The notes under the pieces were generated by a model, which searched no databases, had not been told where the DNA came from, and worked only from the letters and a program-made list of their open reading frames with translations. 64,000 nt of DNA, from the NCBI GenBank assembly GCA_900550925.1, contig URTU01000002.1, forward strand, positions 8,772 through 72,771, written 5' to 3'. Positions 1 through 10,438 of this stretch are shown one piece after another. A program made the position numbers and the translations under genes. Position 1 is the first letter of the stretch. Each line of letters begins with the position of its first letter. Source of the DNA: an uncultured Alistipes sp. (GTDB lineage Bacteria > Bacteroidota > Bacteroidia > Bacteroidales > Rikenellaceae).

Positions 1-87
1 CAAATCCTGCGTTACGGTCGAGAAGTTGGTCCGCACCAACTCCTTCAGTTTCCCGTAGCGCTCATCCAAAGAGAGTCCCTCATCCAT
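1..87 (-). CDS. 5' part of an unidentified gene running off the window edge
   Basis: ATG at 87 (minus) reads MDEGLSLDERYGKLKELVRTNFSTVTQDL with no stop before the edge; divergent from EF-G2. Confidence 0.45.
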   Translation of the reverse strand, partial: MDEGLSLDERYGKLKELVRTNFSTVTQDL

Positions 88-469
88 AATCCGACCTTCC
101 GATAATTGTTTTACGGCGGCAAGATACTAAATTAAATGCATTTTCACAATTCGCGCACAGCCGTCCTGCACCATCGTCCGACTCCTGCCCCGTTTCGTTA
201 CCTCCGGCTGCCGGAGTACGATAGGCCGGCTCCGCACGACTTCCATGATCAATCGCCCCTCCCGCACTCCCCACACCGGCCTCAGACACACTCGAAACCG
301 CCGCCAAATACACCTCCCATCCCTACACTCAAAAGCTGCCGGCACCACTCTCCACCACCTCCGCAAAGGCCCCGTCTTGCATTTTATGCATCACGGTGCT
401 TGGTTTTTCAAATAAAATCGCTATATTTAGGGTCTTGAACTTGAAACTAAAACCAAATACCTGAATGCA

Positions 470-2623
470 ATGAAAAACTATTCAACAAAAGAGATCAAGA
501 ACGTTGTTCTCATCGGGGCATCCGGCTCCGGGAAAACCACCCTCGCCGAGGCTATGGCCTATGAAGGCAAGGTTATCGACCGCCGCGGAACCATCGAGGG
601 TGAAAATACCATTTCTGACAATACAGATATCGAACACGAATATAAACGGTCGATCTATTCGACCATCCTCTTCTCGGAGTTCATGGGGCGCAAGCTCAAC
701 ATCATCGATACCCCGGGATCGGACGACTTCTGCGGAAGCCTCTTCTCGGCCTTCAAGGTCGCCGACGTCGGACTGATGGTCATCAATGCCACCGAAGGCT
801 TCGAGGCCGGCACCGAAATCCAGGCCCGCTATGCCGCCCAGCTTCACAAACCGGTCATCGCAATAGTAAACAAACTCGATGCCGAAACCGCAAACTGGGA
901 GGATACGCTCGAAAGCATCTCGGCATCCTCGCGCGTAAAACCGGTCATCGTACAGTATCCCATCAACCCGGGACCGTCGTTCAATGCATTCATCGACGTG
1001 CTCATGATGAAGATGTACCGCTTCAAGGACGAGAACGGAACACGCGAAGAACTCGATATTCCCGCCGAGGAGATGGAACGCGCAACGCACCTCAACCAGA
1101 TCCTCGTAGAGGCCGCCGCCGAAAACGACGAGGCCCTCATGGAGCTCTATTTCGACAAGGGTATCCTGACGCAGGACGAGATCCGCAGCGGTCTGAAACT
1201 GGGTGTCGCAAAACGAGACTGCATGCCCATCTTCTGCGCTTCGGCAAAACGCGACATCGGCTCGAAACGTATCATGGAGTTCATCATCAACGTCGCTCCG
1301 GGCCCCTCTACCGCACCCAAGTTCCTCGCTACCGACGGAACCGAAATCGAGGCTGACGAGAACGGCCCCTGCGCACTCTTCATCTTCAAGAGCCAGATGG
1401 AGCAGCACCTTGGCGAAATCAGCTACTTCCGCGTGATCCGCGGTAAGGTTACCGAAGGTCTCGAACTGGTCAACAGCCGCACCGGAAACAAGGAGAAGAT
1501 CTCGCAGCTGTTCGCCGTTGCCGGCAAGAACCGAATCAAGGTGACCGAACTCGCCGCCGGAGATATCGGCTGCACGGTGAAACTGAAGGGTACCCGCACC
1601 AACGACACTCTGGCACTGCCGACGGCACCAGTCGAGATCGAACCGATCGTATTCCCCGAACCGCGTTACCGTGCCGCCGTCAAGGCTGTCAAGAGCGGCG
1701 AGGACGAGAAGCTCGGCGAACTGCTCAACAAGGCCAAATACGAAGACCCGACAATCCTTGTCGAATACTCCAAGGAGTTGAAGCAAACCATCATACAGGG
1801 ACAGGGCGAACTCCATCTCAACATCCTGAAGAGCCGTCTTGCAAACGAAAACAAGATGGAGATCGAATATTCGGCGCCGCGCATCCCCTATCGTGAGACC
1901 ATCACGAAGGTTGCCCAGGCCGATTACCGCCACAAGAAGCAGTCGGGTGGAGCAGGCCAGTTCGGCGAGGTGCACATGGTCATCGAGCCATACTACGAAG
2001 GCATGCCCGAGCCGACCAAGTACAAGGTTCCCGGCAAGGAGATCACAGTCAACGTCAAGGGCAAGGAGGAGTACGACCTCGACTGGGGCGGCAAACTCCA
2101 GTACTACAACTCGATTGTTGGCGGCGCCATCGACGCTCGTTTCATGCCGGCGATCCTCAAGGGTATCATGGAGAAGATGACCGAAGGCCCGCTGACCGGT
2201 TCGTATGCCCGCGACATCCGCGTGGTGATCTACGACGGAAAGATGCATCCGGTGGATTCGAACGAAATCTCGTTCAAACTCGCCGCCCGCAATGCATTCA
2301 AGGAGGCATTCCGCAATGCCGGCCCGAAGATCATGGAGCCGATCTACAGCGTCGAGGTACTCGTACCGAGCGACCGGATGGGCGACGTGATGAGCGACCT
2401 GCAGAACCGCCGCGCAATTATCGAGGGCATGTCGTCGGAACACGGCCTGGACCGTCTGAATGCACGTGTGCCGCTGGCCGAGATGTACCGTTATTCGACC
2501 ACGCTCTCGTCGCTGACCAACGGCCGCGCCACCTACACGATGCGTTTCGCGTCGTACGAGCAGGTTCCGGCCGACGTCCAGGACAAACTGCTCAAGGCTT
2601 ACGTCGACCAGGACGAAGATTAG
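470..2623 (+). CDS. fusA2: Elongation factor G paralogue (EF-G2 type)
   Basis: GASGSGKTT P-loop, DTPGSDDF (Ser where canonical EF-G has His), NKLD, YRETI and KKQSGGAGQFG motifs, domain IV insert. Confidence 0.93.
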   Translation: MKNYSTKEIKNVVLIGASGSGKTTLAEAMAYEGKVIDRRGTIEGENTISDNTDIEHEYKRSIYSTILFSEFMGRKLNIIDTPGSDDFCGSLFSAFKVADVGLMVINATEGFEAGTEIQARYAAQLHKPVIAIVNKLDAETANWEDTLESISASSRVKPVIVQYPINPGPSFNAFIDVLMMKMYRFKDENGTREELDIPAEEMERATHLNQILVEAAAENDEALMELYFDKGILTQDEIRSGLKLGVAKRDCMPIFCASAKRDIGSKRIMEFIINVAPGPSTAPKFLATDGTEIEADENGPCALFIFKSQMEQHLGEISYFRVIRGKVTEGLELVNSRTGNKEKISQLFAVAGKNRIKVTELAAGDIGCTVKLKGTRTNDTLALPTAPVEIEPIVFPEPRYRAAVKAVKSGEDEKLGELLNKAKYEDPTILVEYSKELKQTIIQGQGELHLNILKSRLANENKMEIEYSAPRIPYRETITKVAQADYRHKKQSGGAGQFGEVHMVIEPYYEGMPEPTKYKVPGKEITVNVKGKEEYDLDWGGKLQYYNSIVGGAIDARFMPAILKGIMEKMTEGPLTGSYARDIRVVIYDGKMHPVDSNEISFKLAARNAFKEAFRNAGPKIMEPIYSVEVLVPSDRMGDVMSDLQNRRAIIEGMSSEHGLDRLNARVPLAEMYRYSTTLSSLTNGRATYTMRFASYEQVPADVQDKLLKAYVDQDED

Positions 2624-2647
2624 TCTTCCGCAGCAAGCGCCAACAAA

Positions 2648-2680
2648 TACGGCCGCCATGCACGATGCATGGCGGCCGTA
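2648..2680. terminator. Hairpin between convergent genes, probable bidirectional terminator
   Basis: TACGGCCGCCATGCA-cga-TGCATGGCGGCCGTA perfect 15-bp stem. Confidence 0.75.
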
Positions 2681-2724
2681 ATGTTTTCACAACACCCATC
2701 ACTCAGTCAGTGACGGCAAACGGC

Positions 2725-3498
2725 TCAGGGTTTCCGCACTATATAGAGATGGTCGACCGGCAGGGCATAGAGCCGGCGCTCCTCTTCGGTAAACCGGGCC
2801 GCATAATCAATATCCTCAACCTCGAATCCGGCCTCACGCAGACGGTCGGCATAATCGGTCCCGTAGACACGGCGATGGTCGTACTGTCCGAAGATCGCGG
2901 TCCGTTCGCGGGGATCGGTGATCGAATCATCCTCGAAGGTTGTCGTACGCGACAGGTCCACGGGCGAGAGCATCACTCCCCAACCGCCATGGCGCATGAT
3001 CCGGAACATTTCGCGCATCGCCAGCCGGTCATCCTCGACATGTTCGAGAATATGGTTGCAGAAGATCACGTCGAACGACCCGTCGGCCAGCGGTATATCC
3101 TGAATATCGAAATGCAGGTCGGCCAGCGGACTCTCCAGGTCGGCCGTAACGTAGTTCTCCCCGCAGCCCTTGTACAGTCGGCGCAGATGGCGCATCAGAC
3201 ACACCTCGGGCGCCACGTGCAGCAGTTTCGGACGCGTTTCGAACAGATCGCTCTCGCGCTGGAGCCACAGCCACAGCAACCGGTGACGTTCGAGCGACAG
3301 ACAGTTGGGGCAGAGGGCATCGGTCCGCGAGGTGACATACCCGTATGGCAGGAACCTTCGGCGCACCGTCCCGCAGATCGGACACCGGCGGCCGCGACCC
3401 AGATAGAACAGTCCGAGAATCGGCACCGCCCACCCGGCCATCCGCTGCAGCAGGCTCCGCGGGAACAGGTTCAGGAAGAAGCGTATCAATCGTTTCAT
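2725..3498 (-). CDS. Class I SAM-dependent methyltransferase with N-terminal CxxC/CxxC motif
   Basis: CPICG...CPNC, LLHVAPE, FDVIFCNHILEHV, FGQYDHRRVYG. Confidence 0.85.
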   Translation of the reverse strand: MKRLIRFFLNLFPRSLLQRMAGWAVPILGLFYLGRGRRCPICGTVRRRFLPYGYVTSRTDALCPNCLSLERHRLLWLWLQRESDLFETRPKLLHVAPEVCLMRHLRRLYKGCGENYVTADLESPLADLHFDIQDIPLADGSFDVIFCNHILEHVEDDRLAMREMFRIMRHGGWGVMLSPVDLSRTTTFEDDSITDPRERTAIFGQYDHRRVYGTDYADRLREAGFEVEDIDYAARFTEEERRLYALPVDHLYIVRKP

Positions 3499-3710
3499 GC
3501 CTTCTCCTCCTCATCCGCAAGCACCTCCGCAACATCCTTCTCCGCCTTGTACAGGCGTTTTTTGCACTGCGCGATAAGTTCGGCCGCGCGTTTCACCTCC
3601 GCCGCCAGTGCATCGACATCCATCTGCCGCGAATCCATCTTCGCAAGGATGCGTTCAACCTCCTCGATAGCCTCCGTATAGGAGAGTTTCTGACTACTTG
3701 TCTTTGCCAT
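3495..3710 (-). CDS. xseB: Exodeoxyribonuclease VII small subunit
   Basis: SYTEAIEEVERIL...AELIAQCKKRL; overlaps xseA. Confidence 0.92.
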   Translation of the reverse strand: MAKTSSQKLSYTEAIEEVERILAKMDSRQMDVDALAAEVKRAAELIAQCKKRLYKAEKDVAEVLADEEEKA

Positions 3711-5010
3711 TATCCGTAATTTTTGCTTTCATTCCACCTTTTGCCACACGTATCTCAACCGTCGACCCACACGGCACCTGATCCGGAGCCGTAACCGCCG
3801 TCCCGCAATAGCTCACAACCGCAAACCCGCGGTCCAGAATCCGCTGCGGATCATAACTCCCGACCAGCCGCTGCATGTTTCCGAGCCGCTCGCGCTCCCC
3901 GGCCAGCAACAAGGACGAATATTTCGGCAATGCCGCCCCGGCATCCGACACACGTTTCCGTTCGGCAGAGAGCAGCGCCGAAGCACCCCGCCGCAGATCG
4001 GCAGACAATCTCTCGAACCTCATTTCAAACCACTTCGTCACCGAAACGGCATGCGTCGCAAGCATCATCCCGACCCGTTCGACACGTTTCCTCTCGGTCT
4101 GCAAAACATCTCCGACAACTCTCTCAAGCGACTCCTGCAAATGATCCAGCCGAGCATCAGCCTCGGCGAAACGCTCCACGATCCAGGCCGCCACGGCAGT
4201 CGGGGTTTTCAATTCGAGGGCGGCGACCATATCCGCCACGCTCTCGTCCTTGTCATGCCCGATACCGGTAACGACCGGCAGCGGGAACTGCGCCAGATGC
4301 GCACACAGACGGTATGAATTGAAACACGAGAGGTCGCTTTGCGAACCGCCGCCGCGGATCACCACCACAAGGTCGAACCGCTCCTGCACGGCGGCCACAC
4401 GCTCCAGCGCATCGACAATCGAATCCTCAGCCCCGTGCCCCTGCATGAAGGCGTCGAACAATTCGGTCTCGATGCGGTATGGACTCCGCAGCAACTCCTT
4501 GCAGAAGTCGCGGTAACCGGCCGCCGTAGCGCTCGAAATAACCGCCACGCGTTGCGGCAGCGGCGGCAGCCCCAGTTCGCGGTTCATATCCCAGACGCCG
4601 TCGGCCCGCAACTGTTCGATCGTCCGGAGGCGTTGCTGGGCGATATCGCCCAGCGTATAGGTCGGGTCGACATCCTGCACCTGCAGTGAAAAGCCATACA
4701 GTTCGTGATACGAAACAACCACCTTCAGCAACACCTTCAGCCCCACCCCCAACGGCTGGCCTGTCGTGGCCGTGAAATAGGCATCTATGCGGCCGTACAG
4801 CGACCTCCATATCACGGCCGACGCCCGGGCCCGCGGCACCCCGTTATCACCGCCCTTCTCGACCAGCTCCAGGTAGCAGTGCCCCGAATAGTTGACCTTC
4901 AGTTCGGCAATCTCGGCCGCAACCCACACCGGCAGCGGGAAATCCGCCTCCAGCCGCGCCTTCACCGACCGCTGCAGTTCCGAGAGTGAGAGATGTTTCG
5001 TTGAATCCAT
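3694..5010 (-). CDS. xseA: Exodeoxyribonuclease VII large subunit
   Basis: SGHCYLEL OB-fold, VIRGGGS, TGIGHDKD, KTPTAVA motifs. Confidence 0.95.
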   Translation of the reverse strand: MDSTKHLSLSELQRSVKARLEADFPLPVWVAAEIAELKVNYSGHCYLELVEKGGDNGVPRARASAVIWRSLYGRIDAYFTATTGQPLGVGLKVLLKVVVSYHELYGFSLQVQDVDPTYTLGDIAQQRLRTIEQLRADGVWDMNRELGLPPLPQRVAVISSATAAGYRDFCKELLRSPYRIETELFDAFMQGHGAEDSIVDALERVAAVQERFDLVVVIRGGGSQSDLSCFNSYRLCAHLAQFPLPVVTGIGHDKDESVADMVAALELKTPTAVAAWIVERFAEADARLDHLQESLERVVGDVLQTERKRVERVGMMLATHAVSVTKWFEMRFERLSADLRRGASALLSAERKRVSDAGAALPKYSSLLLAGERERLGNMQRLVGSYDPQRILDRGFAVVSYCGTAVTAPDQVPCGSTVEIRVAKGGMKAKITDNGKDK

Positions 5011-5035
5011 CGATACGCCGTATCAATACGAATAA

Positions 5036-5043
5036 CAAAGGTA
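5036..5043 (-). promoter_or_regulatory. Bacteroidota -7 promoter element for xseAB
   Basis: TACCTTTG (TAnnTTTG) on minus strand, 25 nt before the xseA start. Confidence 0.6.
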
Positions 5044-5172
5044 TGAAAAATTTTCGGATCGCCATGCCTTTTCCCGCTGCCGCCCGACGCTCCCGACCTC
5101 CGCTGCCGCCGTGGCACTCAAAAAACAGTCGTCCCGACGGCTCGGCATATTGAATTTTTACGACGATTTGCG

Positions 5173-5180
5173 TATCTTTG
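5173..5180 (+). promoter_or_regulatory. Bacteroidota -7 promoter element for prfA
   Basis: TATCTTTG upstream of ATG 5212. Confidence 0.65.
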
Positions 5181-5211
5181 CGCCAAAGAAAAGCAAGAGA
5201 GTAAGTTTTTT

Positions 5212-6297
5212 ATGGCAGACAACACGATATTGGCCCGCCTCGACGGTCTGAAACTAAAATACGAGGAGATGGGCCAACAGATGACCGATCCGGAAGTGAT
5301 CGCCGATGTCAAACGCTTCATCCAGCTCAACAAGGAGTACAAGGAGCTCGAACCGATCATCGAAACCAGCGAACGCTACCGTACGGCACTGGCAAACCTT
5401 CAGGAGGCCAAGGATGTGCTGGCCAACGAGAAGGATGAGGAGTTCCGCGAAATGGCCCGCGCCGAGGTGGCCGAACTCGAACCTCAAATAGCCCTGCTCG
5501 AGGAGCAGATCAAACTGTTGCTGATCCCGAAGGACCCGCAGGACGAGAAGAATGCCATCGTCGAGATCCGCGGCGGTACGGGCGGCGACGAAGCGGCACT
5601 CTTTGCAGGCGACCTGCTTCGCATGTACACCAAATATATCGAGAGCCGCGGCTGGAAGTACGAGATCAACTCCTTCAGCGAGGGCGCAGCAGGCGGTTAC
5701 AAGGAGGTGGTGATGAAGGTCACGGGCAGCGGCGTCTACGGAACCCTGAAATACGAATCGGGTGTCCACCGCGTGCAGCGTGTGCCCCAGACCGAAACCC
5801 AGGGCCGTGTACACACCTCGGCAGCATCGGTTGCCGTGCTGCCCGAAGCCGAAGAGTTCGATGTCGAGATCTCGATGAACGACATCCGCAAGGATATCTT
5901 CTGCGCATCGGGTCCGGGAGGACAGTCGGTCAACACGACATACTCGGCTATCCGACTGACCCACATCCCGACAGGTATCGTCGTGCAGTGCCAGGACCAG
6001 AAATCGCAGCTCAAGAACTTCGACAAGGCTCTCGAGGAGTTGCGTACGCGCGTCTTCAACCTCGAATACTCGAAATATCTCGACGAGATCGCCTCGAAGC
6101 GTAAAACGATGGTCTCGACCGGAGACCGTTCGGCCAAGATCCGCACCTACAACTATCCGCAGGGCCGCATCACCGACCACCGCATAAACTATACGGTCTA
6201 CAATCTGGCGGCCTTCATGGATGGCGACATACAGGATGTAATCGACCATCTGATCGTGGCCGAGAACGCCGAGCGCCTGAAGGAGAGCGAACTGTAA
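5212..6297 (+). CDS. prfA: Peptide chain release factor 1
   Basis: GGQ motif (GPGGQSVN), PQT specificity motif in VQRVPQTE, RTYNYPQGR. Confidence 0.97.
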   Translation: MADNTILARLDGLKLKYEEMGQQMTDPEVIADVKRFIQLNKEYKELEPIIETSERYRTALANLQEAKDVLANEKDEEFREMARAEVAELEPQIALLEEQIKLLLIPKDPQDEKNAIVEIRGGTGGDEAALFAGDLLRMYTKYIESRGWKYEINSFSEGAAGGYKEVVMKVTGSGVYGTLKYESGVHRVQRVPQTETQGRVHTSAASVAVLPEAEEFDVEISMNDIRKDIFCASGPGGQSVNTTYSAIRLTHIPTGIVVQCQDQKSQLKNFDKALEELRTRVFNLEYSKYLDEIASKRKTMVSTGDRSAKIRTYNYPQGRITDHRINYTVYNLAAFMDGDIQDVIDHLIVAENAERLKESEL

Positions 6298-6561
6298 TTA
6301 TATCCGGCACGCCTCGGACCGAGGGCTGTATAGACATAACACGTCTGAGCGGTTGCGAGGCCGGGCTCCTGCATCCGGCCAACAATAAGCAGTTGAACCG
6401 GACCGGCCGGTTCTCGTACAGAAAACGCCGGGAACGTGCATGGACCAAAAGCCAAGCCGTTATAACGTGCAGCAACCTCCGTATGCAGGCATGACCGGCT
6501 GCCAGGTTACATTCACCGGCTGCAAAATCGCATCAACAGGCCGCAAGACAATAAAAACAAC

Positions 6562-6611
6562 ATCCGCCGGCACCATCCGTAATTACGGGACTGGTACCGG
6601 CGGATCTTTTT
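6562..6611. terminator. Probable bidirectional terminator
   Basis: ATCCGCCGG...CCGGCGGAT stem followed by T run, between convergent prfA and the GH gene. Confidence 0.65.
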
Positions 6612-6690
6612 CAATATATGGTCAGGTCTACATTGGTGGCACAACCATATTCAGAATTAGTCTCAGAAAGGTTTGGAGTAACCTGCGACT

Positions 6691-7863
6691 CTACTGTTTT
6701 ACTTCGAGTTCACCCTTTTTGAAGCGCTCTATCGCCGCGGCAAAGGCATCCCAATAGCCATCGGTCTGCTCCATGGTATTCATCGAGAAGAAACATATCC
6801 CGTCCGAACCGCCCGCAACGGCATAACCGATCAGCTGGTCGATATTATCCTTGGGCACATGGCCGACAAAAAGCCCCGAGCAGAGCTTGCCCTTGCAACC
6901 GTTGGCTGCCATCTCCTCGACACCCTCTCGCGTAGCGGTCTCGACCCACGGATCATCGTAATTATAGAACTTGTGGTAGATCATCGGGAAGAGCACGTCG
7001 GCCTCGACAAACCGGCTCCAATCCTGACGCACCAGTTTACGCGACTCGGCCGGCGAAGCGAATACCGCTGCCGTCGCCATCTTGCCATGTTTATGGATTT
7101 CGTCGCAAAGGGCATTGGTCAGGTCGACCACGGCATCCCACCGGAACTGCATCCACTCCTCGCACGAGGTCGGATCCTCCAGCGTCATGGGATCGGCTCC
7201 GCCCTGAGCCATGAACTTCTCGCGGCAGGTCTCGCAGTAGCAGTGGTCCCACTGCGGATATACGCGATCCTGCACCACGCCGCGCGATTCATGCAAACCA
7301 TACGGCAATATGGCATCCGGATAACGTATGAAATCGAGATGCACGCCAGCAACACCATCGACATCAGCCAGTTCGGCCACACACGCCTTCAGATACTCCG
7401 TAACCTCGGGGTGCGACGGGCAGAGCCAACGGTAGTGCTCACGGTTGTAAAGCTTGATATCGAGGCACGAATTGCCTTCGGCATTGACCTGATACCAGTC
7501 GGGGTGCATCTTGCGCAGGTTCTTTTCGCAACGGTTGAGAGTCCAGATCCAGGCATGCAGTTCGATCCCGTAGCGCTCTGCATACGGAACCGCCCTTTTC
7601 AATATCTCGAGTGCTTCACGGTCGGTCAGATCGGTCTCGTCGGCCCCGACCTTCGGATAGCCGCCATGAACCTGCAACAGTATGGCATCGATACCCACCT
7701 GCCGGGCCTTGCTGAAGTAGTAATCCCAATCCTCGTCGCTCATATCGAGCGAGCCGGCCAGCCATGCCCAGACCTTGGGTTCAGGAACCTTCTCCGGAGC
7801 GCTGCATCCTCCCGAAAAAACAGCCATACCGGCCGTTGCACATAGCATAAACAACTGTTTCAT
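6691..7863 (-). CDS. Lipoprotein, glycoside hydrolase-like (GHL10/DUF187-type TIM barrel)
   Basis: Lipobox-like SGGC, GIELHAW, WLCPSHPEV, GVHLDFIRYPD, QDW, PMIY motifs. Confidence 0.75.
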   Translation of the reverse strand: MKQLFMLCATAGMAVFSGGCSAPEKVPEPKVWAWLAGSLDMSDEDWDYYFSKARQVGIDAILLQVHGGYPKVGADETDLTDREALEILKRAVPYAERYGIELHAWIWTLNRCEKNLRKMHPDWYQVNAEGNSCLDIKLYNREHYRWLCPSHPEVTEYLKACVAELADVDGVAGVHLDFIRYPDAILPYGLHESRGVVQDRVYPQWDHCYCETCREKFMAQGGADPMTLEDPTSCEEWMQFRWDAVVDLTNALCDEIHKHGKMATAAVFASPAESRKLVRQDWSRFVEADVLFPMIYHKFYNYDDPWVETATREGVEEMAANGCKGKLCSGLFVGHVPKDNIDQLIGYAVAGGSDGICFFSMNTMEQTDGYWDAFAAAIERFKKGELEVKQ

Positions 7864-7875
7864 AAGATATCTTGT

Positions 7876-8556
7876 TTAAAAATCGACCAAAACAGCCATG
7901 CCTTGCGAGGCAGGAATATGGAAATCGGGCCTTGACGTGCCGGCCTTGATCCACGAATACCATCCGAACGGTTTTCCGGCACCGATGCGGTCACCGCGGA
8001 AAATACCCAACCGCATATGGCCGTCCGGCGACAGGATTCCGAGGGATTCGAGTTCCGACAGCTCTACGGAGCCTTCGATACTGTATCCGCGGCCGGTCAC
8101 CTGCGACCCGTACTCCAGGGTTCCGAAATTCCACGATTCGTCACAATGGCGGTAGTATCGCCCCGAATAGTCCAGTACGTTATACGGAGACATTTCGGCA
8201 GAATAGTAGCGGGACATCTTCTCATCGACACTGAAAAACAACTCGGCCCGATCCAGCCCGCCGACCTCCTTTTCGTTGTCGGCCGGAGTTATGTGCAGGG
8301 TCGTATCGCACACCTCAAACCGAAAATACAGCCTCTCATCATCGTATCCAAGCCATACGCGGGTGCTGTCTGCGCTCTTCCCGTCACGTGCATCGCTCAG
8401 CCCATCCAGAAGAGGGCGTTCGGGCCACGCTACCGCCCGGGAACCGGCCGCCGCATCCACCTTCGGAATCCGCAGGCACACCGGACACTCCGGTTCCTGA
8501 GCCGCTACACCGACTGCGACGAACAGCATCGCAAGCAGTATGGCTGTCAGCTTCAT
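7876..8556 (-). CDS. Secreted CBM9-like/DOMON-like sugar-binding protein
   Basis: Signal peptide; TRVWLGYDDERLYFRFEVCD, DRAELFF, C-terminal PDFHIP. Confidence 0.65.
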   Translation of the reverse strand: MKLTAILLAMLFVAVGVAAQEPECPVCLRIPKVDAAAGSRAVAWPERPLLDGLSDARDGKSADSTRVWLGYDDERLYFRFEVCDTTLHITPADNEKEVGGLDRAELFFSVDEKMSRYYSAEMSPYNVLDYSGRYYRHCDESWNFGTLEYGSQVTGRGYSIEGSVELSELESLGILSPDGHMRLGIFRGDRIGAGKPFGWYSWIKAGTSRPDFHIPASQGMAVLVDF

Positions 8557-8744
8557 TTCCGTCCATTAATAAGCCACAACGCACCGCGGACAGCCGCTAT
8601 CAGCCCCAGCAGCACAATGAACCACATTTCACGATGAATGGCTGGCGAATTGTTCTGCTTCATGACGACGATGCCGCCGACAATTGCTACAATACCCAAT
8701 ACTACCATCAGCCACTCCACTATTTTTTCCTTGCGATTTGCCAT
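8553..8744 (-). CDS. Small two-TM membrane protein
   Basis: MANRKEK start; two hydrophobic stretches; ATGA overlap with next gene; TATATTTG promoter at 8771-8778. Confidence 0.6.
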   Translation of the reverse strand: MANRKEKIVEWLMVVLGIVAIVGGIVVMKQNNSPAIHREMWFIVLLGLIAAVRGALWLINGRK

Positions 8745-8844
8745 AATATGTTCAACTATACAACCTCTGACAAATATAAGCTCTTTTGTCCGATCGGCCA
8801 ACTTTTTCGCTCACCTCTTCGACGCAAAACATCCACAAAACAAC

Positions 8845-8886
8845 AAAAAACGGCGGAAAGCTGCTCCCTTTCGGAGGCTCTCCGCC
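8845..8886 (-). terminator. Intrinsic terminator downstream of rnhB
   Basis: GGCGGAGAGCCTCC...GGAGCAGCTTTCCGCC stem followed by T run on minus strand. Confidence 0.55.
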
Positions 8887-9090
8887 AGTTTTGCTTTCAT
8901 TTCGCATATCAAGTGTTCCGACCGCTCCGACCCGTCATTTCGCAACTCCAACTTTCCCCCATCTCCGTCATCACGCGACACACTCTCTCCGCCTGACACC
9001 CACCCTCATCACGTGACAATCTATCCGCCAGACACACTCTCCGCCCGTCTCACACCGCCGTTTCTGCCCGCTCACCCGTCGCGGGACTCA

Positions 9091-9696
9091 TCAACCGCCG
9101 ATGAACAGGTCCAGCTGTCCGGCCGTATGGTTGAACGACAATCGGTGATAAGGGGTCAGCCCATATTCCAGAATCGCCGCACAATGCTCGCGAGTCGGAT
9201 ATCCCTTGTTCCGCCGCCATCCGTACTGCGGGTACTCGGCATCAAGCCGCAGCATGTACTCGTCACGATGCGTCTTTGCCAAAACCGATGCCGCCGCAAT
9301 ATCGGCATATTTTCCGTCACCCTTCACCACGCAGACATACGGCAACTCAAGCCGCGAACGGAAACGATTGCCATCGATGGCCAGAAACTCAGGCCTCCGG
9401 CCAAGCCCCTCAACCGCAAGTGTCATCCCCTCCATCGAGGCGTTCAGGATGTTGATACGGTCAATTTCACCGGCCGAGATCTCAGCCACGCTCCACGCTA
9501 CGGCTTCGCGTTCGATGATCCCGCGCAACAACTCGCGGTTACGCTCGCTCATCTGTTTCGAATCGTTCAGCAGCGGATGGTGAAAGTCCCGCGGAAGGAT
9601 TACCGCCGCCGCAAAGACCGCTCCGGCCAGACATCCGCGGCCCGCTTCATCGCATCCAGCTTCGAGCAATTCGTATTGATAGCATGTTTCGAGCAT
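9091..9696 (-). CDS. rnhB: Ribonuclease HII
   Basis: AGCDEAGRG, DSK, DG, AAASVLAKTHRD, KGYPT motifs. Confidence 0.96.
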   Translation of the reverse strand: MLETCYQYELLEAGCDEAGRGCLAGAVFAAAVILPRDFHHPLLNDSKQMSERNRELLRGIIEREAVAWSVAEISAGEIDRINILNASMEGMTLAVEGLGRRPEFLAIDGNRFRSRLELPYVCVVKGDGKYADIAAASVLAKTHRDEYMLRLDAEYPQYGWRRNKGYPTREHCAAILEYGLTPYHRLSFNHTAGQLDLFIGG

Positions 9697-9848
9697 GATT
9701 GTCCATACCTATTTCCTTATCCTGAAACCGTTCCGGCCGACATCCGACAACCGTTTCGCTTCTCTCTTCACCTCCCCCCCCTCTCCAGTCATCGTTCCGG
9801 AAAGCCGGAAAAGAACTTTTCCTGCGACGGTTGCAAGAGCCGCTGCGA

Positions 9849-10412
9849 CTACTTGTTGTTGAACTGATTCATCGTCAAAGCCGCGCCGACCGCGACAAAA
9901 GACTTTACGGCCTCGACCGCTACACCGATACGTTCCGGCAACGCCTTCCGCTCCTCGTCGGTCCACTCGCCAAGCACATAATCGGCCTGATGTCCCTGCG
10001 TGAAGTTGCCGCCGATACCGAATCGCAAACGTGCATAGGCATCGCTGCCGAGCAACTCGTTTATGTTTTTCAGTCCGTTATGCCCGCCGTCGCTGCCCTT
10101 GGCCCGCATCCGCAATGCCCCGAAAGGCAGTGCAATGTCGTCGACCACGACCAGCAGATTCTCACGGGCGATCTTTTCGGCATCCACCCAGTATCGCACC
10201 GCCTTGCCGCTCAGGTTCATATATGTCGACGGTTTGAGCAGGATCACCGTCCGGCCGCGATATTTGATTTCGGCCACCGACCCGTAACGCGACGGCGTAA
10301 AAACAGCACTGGACGCCTCAGCCAAGGCGTCCAATACTGTGAAACCTATGTTATGACGGGTATGTGCGTATTCCGCACCGATATTACCCAGTCCTACGAT
10401 CAGATACTTCAA
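9849..10412 (-). CDS. pth: Peptidyl-tRNA hydrolase
   Basis: [31 protein letters not shown]. Confidence 0.97.
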   Translation of the reverse strand: MKYLIVGLGNIGAEYAHTRHNIGFTVLDALAEASSAVFTPSRYGSVAEIKYRGRTVILLKPSTYMNLSGKAVRYWVDAEKIARENLLVVVDDIALPFGALRMRAKGSDGGHNGLKNINELLGSDAYARLRFGIGGNFTQGHQADYVLGEWTDEERKALPERIGVAVEAVKSFVAVGAALTMNQFNNK

Positions 10413-10438
10413 TGCGTACGGTTTTTATCTGCCTGCGA

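Noticed and set aside
136..438. Pro/His-rich ORF and C-rich tract
   Set aside because: Low-complexity intergenic sequence with no coding signal or regular repeat
482..2659. 725-aa antisense ORF
   Set aside because: Exact shadow of EF-G2; long antisense frames are expected with high-GC codon bias; no motifs
8968..9056. Short degenerate repeats (TCATCACG.GACA, GACACACTCTC..CCGCC)
   Set aside because: Irregular spacing and only 2-3 imperfect copies; not a CRISPR array
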